From positions 24,578,682 through 24,642,681 of the forward strand of contig MU057350.1 in the NCBI GenBank assembly GCA_013239625.1: 64,000 nt of DNA, read 5' to 3'. The notes under the pieces are model-generated. The model ran no database searches and was not told where the DNA came from. It worked only from the letters and a program-made list of their open reading frames with translations. Source of the stretch: Lama guanicoe (Eukaryota). The position numbers and the translations under genes were made by a program. This document shows, piece by piece, positions 52,940 through 64,000 of the stretch (positions are counted from its first letter, which is position 1; the number at the start of each line of letters is the position of its first letter).

Positions 52940-53285
52940 GCAACCTTTTAGAGGCTCAACACAGTACAGGATTCTTGCTGAAGGGATGGTCTGGTGGGTG
53001 TATTCCTGGCGTGGCAGCTCCCCCCAGGGGTTCTCACCCAGCTTCCTTCTGTTCCGTGACTCCGCCCTTCTCTAGGTACTTCCTCGGGGGATGGAGGGTA
53101 AGCTCATGGGAGCGTTGTATGGATCAGGCCCAGAGATGGTGTAAATTATTTCTACCCACAATCCACTGGCCGAAACACAGTTTTGGCCACACCTAACTGC
53201 AAGGAATCTAGGAAATGTAGTCTAGGTATGTGTCCAGGGAGGAAAGGTAGATGGTTTGGTGAACAATTAGCCAGACTACCGCACA
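52940..53285 (-). mobile_element. MLT1J/K-type MaLR LTR fragment
   Basis: tggccacacctaactgcaaggaatctaggaaatgtagtctag. Confidence 0.55.
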
Positions 53286-56200
53286 GATAAGTTCCTGGTA
53301 TATACAATAGTGAGCTTAATTCCCACCTCATCTTCATTACATTTTTAAAAACTCTTACTTTTAAGTACTGATCCATTGTGGGCTCCCAACAAAAATGCTA
53401 GGTTTTATATCCGTTTGCAAATTATGTGATTGTCGCTTTTGAAGAGAGTTCAATGAATATATGGAAATTCAGTGCCCATTCTGCTGAACTACATCCTTAA
53501 TATTCCTATTTAAAAATGATTAGAGTGGAAGGCTCATTTCCTAAAGGTTAAATACATACACAGTTGTGCAGTCAATCTCCAGAACGTTTTGGTCTGGCAG
53601 AATTCCTGATAATGCTGTTTTGTGTTTTCTCTATTTAAAAAAATTCAGCATTCCCAGAGGTTTGTCACTTGTATTAACCTTTTCAGAAAATCAGCGTTGG
53701 CATCGTCCCTTTTCTTCATTGTGTGCTTGCTGTCTACTGCTGTTGTCTTTTGCTCTTCATTCTTTACTCCTTCCCATGTTTTGGGAGGTTTACATTGCTG
53801 TCCCTTCTGTAGCCTTTTAAAATGGGGTTAACCTTTTCCTTTTATGTAATACACATCGAGAGCTGTACGTTTCTCTGTGCACGTTGTTTGGAAACAATGA
53901 AGACCGTAAGATTATCCATCTAAACCTTGTAAGGTATATATATAAACCTTTTTTATTTATTTTGAAGGAAATCATATGCTATTTCTGTCCATCCTAGAGT
54001 GTAGCGAGAAACTGCTTACTATACTGTTTGAAGTTTATTCATTGCTTCTGTTTTTAACCCTCCCACCAAGGATCCCCTTACCTGCTTAAATTTCATGACT
54101 CCTGTTTTGGTGGTTTTCCTTCCATGCCACTAGGACTTTGTGGGCGTGAATTCCATGGGCGTAAAGATGTCTGAACGTGCTCCTTCCGAGGATACATTCC
54201 ATGAGTGTCCCTGAGTAGACAGGACACTAAGAGGATCTTGCTGTAGAGCAATTCTAACCATGTTTCCGAAGACATTTAGATCATCTCACATAGGATACTC
54301 CCCGACACAGTTTAGCCTTAGGAAAAATTGAAGAAAATCCTGTAACTTCAGAATTTTATAATCAACAATGAAAGGAAACTTTGAAAGACTAGTTTGAGTC
54401 AGATACATGGGTTTTTCACTACACCTTAAGCGTCCCTAACATTGAATGCAAACAGTTTGATAAGTCGTGTTTATATGAGGTTTCCATACATTTTACTGCC
54501 TTCAGGGTTAAATTGGCAGCCTGATGCCATGACAGGCCTGGCAGGTCTGGCTGGTTTTGTTGACTAAAGGACTGGCTCTTGCCATCCATATAGGGACAGG
54601 ACGCAAAGCCTGGTGCCTAGAGGACAGGGGTTTGCAGCCAAGATGACCCACGTAAAGCTGAGCCCTTCAGTGTGCTACACCCACAGAAAAATAAATCCCA
54701 CCCACATGCAGGGAGAGAGAACAAGGGAGTATGTCAGCCATGGCTTGAATTCTGGCTTGTTGCCTCTGCAAGTTTATAACCATGTGGGTTTAGTGTTGAC
54801 ATCTTTATTGCCTTCATCCTTCTATGGTTATTGCCAGCCAGAGGTGGTAGCATAAATAAAACCCGGCCCTGCTAGGTGCCACTTCTGCAGGTGCAGAAGC
54901 AGGAAGCAGGCATAACAGTGTGGAAAGTACACACTTCCCACGACCTACAGGATTTATGTGCACAGATGTGAACCGTCTCTTAGGTATTTTGCATCATTCT
55001 ATCCAAATGCTATTGGAATGACCTGCTGTTGTTGTCTTTCTTGCACCCCTCATCTCACCTTACGTTGATACCATCTTGGTGCAGCGTGATCAGGCCATAG
55101 TTAATTATTCCAGGAACAAGTGCATGGCCCAAGCCAGAGCAGGCAGTCTCTTCCCTGGGAATTTGAATTAAGACGTCTTTTCCAGCCACTTGATTAATAA
55201 TTAGAAGACTGAGGATCCTTTGGCTGTCGTGTATTCTGCCACGTAATCCTGCAGCCGGAAAGAATGATGCGTAAGACCAGAGGGTGGAGACCAAAAAGAG
55301 AGGCCCAGATGCTTTAGAGTGCCTGGGTTTAGAATTATCTTAGAGTCTAGCTGTGTTCCCTACCTGTGAGTTCTGTGATGTACGTTCTGTCACTGAATCC
55401 TCTCTCACCGAGTTCCTTCCCACCAGCTTTTTTTTTTCCTTTTTGAAGCTATAGTTGATTTCTGTTGACAGACACCCCAAAAGAGTTCAAGCTGATATAG
55501 CAATAGATCCTCCATCTCATTTTTTGGTATGTTCCCAAAGATGAGACATCTCTTTTGATGGGATGTTTGATGAAAGAAATACTCTAGATCTGACAAGCAA
55601 AAGCTGCAATTCCATTTTTGGATAAATGTTAATTCATTTTCATCATTTGAGTAAAAATGCATAATAATGTGAACATAATATTGGCACCATTATTTTGTGG
55701 ATTTTATAGATGAGTTTAGCCATGACGCTAATAGAAAGAGGTTTAAAAATGAAAAAATAAATTTCTTCAGGCAAAACAGTACGCCAGCCTCACATATCAC
55801 ATTTAATATTTTGCAGGTGAGATTTGCTCTCCAGCTAAAGTTATTCTTATTTTCATATGAACAGAAGATTGGTTGAGTGATAGTTCTTAATTCAAGAAGG
55901 AACAGTATAACTGACTGAAAAGCTATTCAGAAGCAAAAACACTCTTCTAAAAATATTTTTGCATTCTATAGAATGTTGCTCATTTGATATTCACCTTTGG
56001 GTACTGAAGTTCCTTTTGACTCATCAAATACATTCTGTCACAGAATAAGACATGCTTTCAGAATTTAACAATTCATGAAGATCTAGTTGTAATTTCATGT
56101 TTCTGCTTTAGGACAGTAGTCCCGTACAGGACGTTAGACTCGAGCATTCTCTGCCTCAGTTTCAGCTAAGATGCCAATCTGGTGAACATGAGGACACCAA

Positions 56201-56557
56201 ACTGAGGAAAAGCATCACATGTCAGGTTTACTAAAGAACTGTGAACGACCGTGTTCCACAAGTCTATCCACCTGACGGGCTTATGGACCAAAGAAAAGGT
56301 CAGATAGGCATTTGTGAAGAGACTGGAGAAGAGATCTTTGGAGGACCTGTTGTCTTTCTTGGTAAGGAGTGGGGTGGACTCCCTTCTTTACCTCCAGCCT
56401 AGTGGGAGGGATTTCCATGAGGAAACCTGGAAAGACTGTTTATATGTATGTGTGGTTTTTTTTCAATTGAAGTTTAGTCAGTTACAGTGTTACTTATGTG
56501 TCCTTTGAAGTTGAGGCATAATGAATTAGGGTCCAGCTCACCCCTACCCCCAAAAAT

Positions 56558-56972
56558 GTAGAAGACAGCAAAACAGTGGCTCCCCAAAGATGTCTACATC
56601 CTAATCCCCTGAACCAGTGAACATGTTACCACCTTACTTGGCAAACAGGTCTTTGCAGATGTGGTTGAGCTGAGGAACTTGAGGTGGAGAAGTTATCCCA
56701 GATAATGTGTAACCGAAAGGATCCTTTTGAAAGGAAGGCAGGAGGGTAAGAGATGTGATGATGGAAACAGCGTGGCATGAGCCAAGAAATGCAGGCAGCC
56801 TCCACAGCTGGAAAAGGCAAGACGAGTTCTCTCTTGAGAGCCTTCAGGAGTAACGCAGCCCCACCGGCACCTGGATTAGCCCAGTGAAATTGATACTGGA
56901 CATCTGACATCCAGAACTGTGAAGTCATAACTGTGTGATAAGTTTTTCCTGTGGTGATGGGAAACTACTACA
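56558..56972 (+). mobile_element. MLT1C/D-type MaLR solo LTR
   Basis: tggctccccaaagatgtctacatcctaatccc…tttgcagatgtg…ccaagaaatgcaggcagcc…ctggaaaaggcaag…ccagaactgtga. Confidence 0.8.
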
Positions 56973-57130
56973 CCGGCTGATGCTTTGGTCACAAGAGTTC
57001 AGACAGTGCTGCTGCTGTGAGGACAGCGGGCACAGAATGTGGGGAGAAGGTGGGTGAGCATTTCCCACGGAGGAGACATGCACCTCAAAGGAGAGAGAAC
57101 TGGCAAGGGATTTTCACTAGGCTTACCCAG

Positions 57131-57146
57131 TAGCGCCCTCTGTAGG
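57131..57146 (-). promoter_or_regulatory. CTCF-like motif (CCTACAGAGGGCGCTA on - strand)
   Basis: Matches the AGAGGGCGCTA core; motif only. Confidence 0.45.
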
Positions 57147-57720
57147 AGCAAGGAGGTCCCAGCAGGAGGAGTCTACAGTATGCCACTGACTTCCCGTCAC
57201 CAAGGAAGGAATTACAGGTGACCATGTGCATCTGTCTGTCAACAAAGCTGCAGCAGAGTAAGACCCAGAGAGCTCAAGGCCAGCTTACAACAGTTCCAAT
57301 CAAGTAAATATAGTCTTGGCCCTTCCCCCAGCATGTCACTTCTGATAGAAGCTAAAGCAGCCCCCAGCAGGTAGATGGGGGAGATAAGGGGCAGACATGG
57401 AGAAGCCAGTCTCCTCCCTTTCCTGTTGCCAGCTTGGAACCACTGTCGTTAGAACCACCTGGAAGAGAGCAGAAGACTGGACGTCAAAGCAAATTCACAG
57501 CTTGATTATCTTGCGCTGGACTTTCTAACCACTTTGTCAAGAATTTTCAATGGTACAAAGGGACTGTGGAACCTTCCAGAATCTTCTTTCAGGGAGTATT
57601 TGTGTCTCTCTAAATAAAGTCTAAGCAGACAATAGGGAACAAAATACTGTTAAATCTTTTAAATTTTATGGAAGCTTCCAAACATGTAAAAAATTAGAAA
57701 TAAGAGTCTGAATTCCCCTC

Positions 57721-58109
57721 TGCAGTGGGTTGAATTGTGTCTCCTCCATCCCTGCCAAATTCATATGTTGAAGCCCTAACCCCCAATGTGACTGCATTTA
57801 AAAATAGGGGAGGTAATTAAGGCTAACTGAGGCCTTAATAAGGATGAAGTCTTACCCCTTAGGATCAGTAGACTTATGGGAAGAGAAAGCAATCTCTCCC
57901 CTCACCACCACCACATACACATGCACATACTGAGGAAGGTCGTGGGAGGACACAGAAGTTGGACACCTGCAGGCCCAGAAGATAGCTGTCACCAGAAATC
58001 AACTATGCTGGCACCCTGGTCTCAGACTTCCAGCCTCCAGAACTGTGAGAAGACACATGAAGCCCCCCAGTCCGTGGTGTGTTACTACAACAGCCCAAGC
58101 AGGTGAATA
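57721..58109 (+). mobile_element. MLT1A/B-type MaLR solo LTR
   Basis: TG…CA ends; gggttgaattgtgtc…ttcatatgttgaagccctaacccccaatgtga…gacttccagcctccagaactgtgaga. Confidence 0.8.
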
Positions 58110-58428
58110 CACCCTCTGTCCCTCTCCTGTACTCAGGTACCTTCAATATGTCACTTCCTTTATCTGTTTTCCCCTTTTTCTTCACTCTCCTCCCTTCTGC
58201 CCAATCTATGACGACTATTTCATGTCAAACTTAGACATATGATTTTTACTTCTAAACATATCCACATACATCTCTAAAGAATAAATGTGATTTTTACAAA
58301 CTGACCATTGAGGTATAATTACCATCCATTAGGATCTCTCTTTCCAAACCTGCTGCATGTGCTGGTAGTTGAAGTGAGTTGTGAGTGTGTGATTTGTTTT
58401 TACTAATGAAATGAAAACAGAAGTAACA

Positions 58429-58890
58429 TGTATCAGGTAGCTATTACTGTGTAACAAACCACCTCAGAATGTAGTGGCTTAACAAAAAGCACTATTTTTC
58501 ACAATTCTATGGGTTGAGTGGGCATTCCTCTGGTTTGAGACAGGTTGGCTTATCTCTGTGGTCAGCTGGCAGCTGTATGTGTGGCTGGCTGGTGTAGGAG
58601 GGCCTCAGCTGGGATGGTCAGTGCACTAACTTTGGATTCTTCATAGAGTGGTCCCAGAGTTCCAAAGAGCATGAAGAGAAAGTAAACTCTCATGCAGAAG
58701 CACTTCCTAAGCCTTTCCTTCTGATACATTTACTAATGTCCCATCCCCTAAAGTCAGTCACATGGCCAAGCCCAAATTCAAGGGGTGGAGAATAGATTCT
58801 ATTGATGGGAAGAGCTACAATGTCTGTATTTCAAAGGAGCGTACATACAAGTTGGGAAGAGTTTGTGGCCATTTTTGTAACCTACCATCA
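58429..58890 (-). mobile_element. MLT1F/H-type MaLR LTR
   Basis: gctattactgtgtaacaaaccacctcagaatgtagtggcttaa…agtcacatggccaagccca. Confidence 0.7.
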
Positions 58891-59039
58891 TAATGTCAGG
58901 CGTTTCCTGAGCTATGGTTAACTGAGGGTTTTGTTCCACATATAGTACATGTTAAGGCTGGTTAACAAATTAACAGTTGAGAACTGACAGTGGAACAAAG
59001 CAAGACAGGGTTAACAAGAAAGGAAAGAAGGAACACTTC

Positions 59040-61240
59040 CTAACTGTTTATTGGTAGTATATAGAAAAACTATGTTCCTGCAAACTTGCTAAATTTACTT
59101 TTATAGTAACTTTTTTGAGATTCTTTAGAATTTTCTATCTACCTGATTATGTTGCCTGTACATAAAGACAGTTTTCATCCTAATTTGCATATGTTTTCTT
59201 TTTCTTGCCTCATTTCCAATATTAAGGAAAAAGTGTTCAGTCTTTCACCATTAAATCTGGGTTAAGTATAGAACTTCTATAGATGCCTTCATCAAGTTGA
59301 GGCTATTCCCCTCTGTTCTTAAGATGGAAATTTTGTCCATTGATACTAGATTTTTCTTCTTTCCCAGTGTAAGCTTTTAGAGCTATACATTTTCTTCTAA
59401 ATTCTGCTTTAGCTTGTTCCTTCCATTTTTTTTTTCATTTTTAGTCATTTAAAAATAATTTTAAACTTTCCTCGTCATTTATTCTTTGACGTTGGGAGAT
59501 TTTTCCAGTTATCTTTACTTTTATTGATTCCATTTAATTCCTTTCTCATCAAAGAACACACGTTGTATGTCTTTAGTCCTTTAAAAATTAATTTATACTC
59601 AGCATGTGATCTATCTTGTTGAATGTTTTACGAGCATCTGTAAAGAATGTGCATTTTAGTGTTGCTGGATAGAGCATTCTATAAATGTAATTTAGGTTAG
59701 ATTGATGGTGGTGTTTGAGATGTCTGTATTACTGGTTTCTCTTTAATTATTCTGTCACTTACTGAGAGAGGGATGTTGAAGTCTCTAGCCATAGTTTTGG
59801 ATTTGTCTACTTCTTTCCTTTTCTGTCATTTTGCTTTTCATGTATTTGAAATTCTGTAATTAGGTACATACAAACTTAAGATTGTTATGTCCTTTGATGA
59901 ATTAGTTTATTGTAAAATATTTTTCTTTCTTATTACTTTTAAGATTTTCCTCTATAATCATTGATTTTCAGAAATGTCATTATGTGTTTGGTGTGGTTTT
60001 CAATGTGTATGTATTTCTTGGATCTGTGTGTTTATTTTCACAAAATTTATAAAATCCACAGCCTATTCCTTTGAAATTTTTTTGTATTACACATAATTTA
60101 GCCCACAGTTGCCTCCAAATCATTGAAGTTTTGTTCATTTTTTGTCTGTTATTTTTGTTTTGTTTTTGTTTTTTTTCACTGTTTTTCAGTTTGGATAATT
60201 TCTATTGCTGTATTTTCAAGTTCACTGATCTTCTCTTCTAAGATTTCTAATCTCTCTTAAGTTCATCCAGTGAGTTATTCATTTCAGGTATTGAATATTA
60301 TATCTCCATGATTTTATTTAGTCCTTCTTTGTAATTTCTCATTATGTGCATGTTTTTATAAAAATATTGATATTTATAATACCTCTGTTAAGTCTCTGTA
60401 ATTCCATCATTTAAGTAATTTCTAGTGATTTTTTTCTACTGACTGATTTTTTTTCCTAGTTATTGGACCACATTTTTCAGCTTCTTGGTCTACTAGTTTT
60501 AACTGAAGCCTGCTCATTGCGATTCTTTGCTTTGAGTATTTGTTTCTTTTGTCTTAAGGAGCATATTTTTTCCCCTGGAAGTTAGTTAAATTACTTGTGG
60601 GTTTGTTCGATTCTTTGGAGGCTTGTTTGTAAAGGCTTGTGCTGGGTAGCCGTCGCTGTAAGACTAGTTAACCCCTACCCCTTAGCAGTGATATTCTCAG
60701 ATCTCTATTCACAGTGGGCACTGCTCTCAAGGGGCAAAGCGGCATGTCCACACTGGCCATTAAACTCAGATATCTCTCAGTCCAACATGAGCTCTGATAG
60801 TTTCTCAGTTGTTCTTTCCTGATTCTGTGAAATTCACCCTATGTGTGCACAGCTTAGTGTTCAGTTAAGAGTCTGGAGCAGATTCCTGTGCAGATTCCTG
60901 TAGCTCGCTCTTTGTATGGTTCCCTCATCTCTGGTTCTTTCCCACAAATTCCAACCACTTCAGCTTCCCTGAATTCCAGTCTTCCCTTCATGAACTCAAT
61001 GGCAATCCCATGCTCTACTTGTGCTTCCTTCCAGCACGTCTGTACTTCCAGACAGAAAGCTGGGGTGACTATGGTGCTCACTTTGATTGTTTCTCTCTTG
61101 GGGGGTCCTAGTTCTTTGCTGCATTTCTCGAAAGTCCAGAAACAGTTGTTTCACATATTTTGTCTGTTTTTCTAGTTCTTTATGATGGTGGACAGGTCTG
61201 GTCCCAGTAATTCTAGCTTAGCAAAAAGTGAAGACACACT
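59040..61240 (-). mobile_element. Old L1M fragments
   Basis: T-rich antisense L1-like text (aaacttgctaaatttactt; ttcagtctttcaccattaa; gaatgtgcattttagtgttgctgg). Confidence 0.65.
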
Positions 61241-62699
61241 CTATTAGATTTCTTTTTTTTCGAACAAGAAGTTCTATTGTAAAAATTCTAATCATCCTTA
61301 TCAGTTCATTTAGTCTCATGTAAATAATTCTTACTCTGCTTGATCTTGGGCTGGGAGTTATAGGAATCCATCACTTTCTTCATCAGTTCTGGAAACTTTT
61401 AGTCCCTTGGTATGGTCTTAAAGTTACTGAAGTGATGCCATTATGAAGCATTCTCATGTGTAGCTAATTATAAATGCTTTCAGAGAAGAATTAGTGTAAA
61501 ACAGTAACTGTGAATGACAAAGGACCACAAATGACTATGGTTAAAGATCTAATGAGAGTTCATATGCAAAGGAAATGTAGTTACTTCTGCAGCATACATT
61601 TTAAGATACTAATTGAACAATGACAGTATCAACAAATAATGCTTTTTTAATTTCCTCCAGAGGTAACCAAGGTATATCAAACTGTTTGCCCAAAATGCAT
61701 TTCCTATTTATAGTGGAAATTTTATCAACTCTTTAAAAAAAAATTACAGGCACTAATTGCAATAAAGCTATGGCTCTTAATGTAGAAATGGAGGTCTCAG
61801 TAGCTGTTAATATTTTTCAGTTAATGAGACAAAGTCATAGAAAATAGTACCATTAGATTGGTCAGAGAAGCATGGTTGTTGAGGATCTGTGCAATTTCAT
61901 TATGCTCTTCTGAATTTGGCAAAATATTTTTTTCTGTTGTCCATGTACCTTGTAATAATGTTGATTTTCATCATTTTAGAAAGGCTGGACTTGGTTGTAT
62001 TTTGGGGACCCAGTAATTCTTGGTTTACATGGCTTTAGAAACTTGTTTTTCTAGATAAATTTGTCTAATTTGAATTAGTATTAATTTCTTCTCTCTTTTC
62101 TTTAGCCTCACTTAAAGACCCCAAAGGGACATTAATTTGGAATTATTCATTCATTTAGAGAAATCAAAGAAAGCCTGTGAGAGATTTAATTTCTTTTCAT
62201 CTTTAGTTTGGAAATTGTATTTTCACAAATTCTGACAATATTGGACCTCTAATAAGTGAAAATATAAAGACTAGAGTTTTTAGATGGAGTGAGTAAAATC
62301 CTTAGAGTTAAGAGAGCACATGTTACTGAAGATACTAAACAAATATAAACATTAAAAAGCTAATGAGTGTATCAGATTTTACCTTTCCTGTCATACCCAC
62401 TCCTGACATCTCATACTCTTAATGAACTGACTGTACTATTAAAATCCACTTTCTGTGCTGCTTTGAGTAGTAAGGACACAGTCATCCAAGAATGAACAAA
62501 ATCAGAATCAGAAACAGAAACAAGTTCCACCAGATGTTCTTTGAACATTTGTTAAACCCCTTTCTGAAACTATCTGGGACTGGAATCTTCATGAAAGAGA
62601 CATTTTAAACAATGTATCTAATTATATGAGGTGGAAGTGGGGATTTGCTATGTCAGCTTAGTCTGCCATTTTGTAAAGGAAATTCCATCTTTATTTTCA

Positions 62700-63080
62700 A
62701 AAAGGAGTCTTTTTACCTCTTGAAGTTAAGCTTAATCATGTGACCTGCTTTGGCCAATGGGAAATTAGCAAAAGTGACACAAGCAGAAGTCTAAAAGCTA
62801 CTTGTTCTTGCTTTTCTTTGGAACCCTGGCCACCATGGAGAGAAGGATGGGCTAGTATATGGAGAAGGAGAGATCATGTGGACCAGAGGCAGGCTTTCCC
62901 AGTTGGGGCCCCTGCCATAACCAATAGCCTACCAACCACTAGATGCATGAATGAGGCCACCCTCAACCACCCAACCCCATCAGTGCCAGCACAGAACAGA
63001 GGAACTCCCCAGCAAACCTAGAGAACCATGAATAATAAAGTTTTGGGTGATTTGTTACGTAGCGAAAGCTAATGAATACA
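62700..63080 (+). mobile_element. MLT1G/H-type MaLR LTR
   Basis: catgtgacctgctttggccaatgg…agcaaaagtgacac…tttgttacgtagcgaaagctaatgaataca. Confidence 0.65.
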
Positions 63081-64000
63081 AATATCCATAAACGAGAGTG
63101 CATGTGGGAGTGTGGGTTTCTCCAACAATAGAAGGAAATGAGTAGAGCTATTACTCTGAGGCATCCAGGGCTTTTTTCCCTAAATAAACATGAGGTTGCA
63201 CTCATTGCAAAACTTGGTTTAGGAAACAGGAAACCAGTATTTGTAAATAGTTGGAATGAATAAATTGTTAGTATAAGTTTTTCCAGAAACATGGTGCGAA
63301 CCCTAAGAATCAGATTTGACAACTAGAAAGTATTTGACCTTTGGCAGTGTCATTTTACTTATCTCTATAATGGACCCAATAATAATGGAACATACCAAAT
63401 AAGCCTGTGTGAGGATCCAAAAGGTTCACATATATAAAGAACTGACACCTATTAAGGACCTTAGATCAGCGTTAATCCTTACTTAGTGTCTTGGTGCCCC
63501 TTATTAGTCACCACTTGGTAAGTGTTTGAACAGAAGAATGAATGTGCGCCTCAGTGTAAAAAAGCTTGTCCGGGAGTCAGAGGTTGGGAAACTCCAGAGA
63601 TAAAGTATTTGTCCGATGGGATAATGGCGGATGAAGGTTACATAGGCAACAAAGGCTACCCAGTGTGAAATGAACTTGGTTGAGAGTGAAAGGAAGTTCA
63701 AATGGATGAAAAGATAAGAAAGCAACTAGCGACAAACAGCTGCTATAAATTATTGGTTCCTGGTTGCAGTGACTTGCAACGCAGTCTACTGAATGCAATT
63801 GAGAATGAAACTATCAAACTGCTGTTTGAGAAATTCCAAGGAATAGAGAATTCAGGAAGAATCAGAGAAGGATAGGTTTATTTCTAATTTTTTAAAAAAG
63901 GAACTTCTACACACCGTCAAGCTCACCCAGACTTAGAAGACAAGGCACAGCCAAGACCTCACTGATCAACTCATCAAGATACAATGAGGCACTTTTAGGT

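Noticed and set aside
49200-64000. Possible downstream gene or pseudogene
   Set aside because: Short ORFs mostly fall in MaLR or L1 remnants or lack recognisable homology; no exon chain found on either strand.
1-64000. CRISPR arrays, operons or prokaryotic defence systems
   Set aside because: The sequence is mammalian intron/exon DNA with no repeat-spacer arrays or operon-like ORF packing.

Overview
Mammalian genomic DNA, most likely camelid, judged from two tRNA-derived Vic-1-type SINEs and artiodactyl-type L1 and Tigger copies. The window holds the 3' part of the adhesion GPCR gene ADGRA3 (GPR125) on the + strand. It has 12 coding exons with canonical GT-AG junctions and consistent phases (join 1548-1712, 4330-4531, 5459-5614, 13802-13963, 16318-16521, 24298-24511, 24720-24928, 34098-34222, 35505-35628, 43349-43494, 46735-46830, 46973-48215; 3046 nt). 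These encode the end of the Ig domain, the HRM, GAIN/GPS, 7TM and a C-tail ending in the PDZ-binding motif ETTV. The 5' exons lie upstream of the window. The introns and the ~15 kb downstream are ordinary repeat-rich sequence (MIR, L2, L1, MaLR/ERV LTRs, hAT and Tigger DNA elements). I found no convincing novel biological system. The best leads are: candidate intronic poly(A)/read-through isoforms that would give secreted ectodomains, a last-intron retention that creates an immediate stop, a CpG/GC-box pocket in the post-GPS intron, CTCF-like sites, and a Trp-to-Gly change in the GAIN region. Repeat family names and ortholog comparisons are from memory, not from searches.
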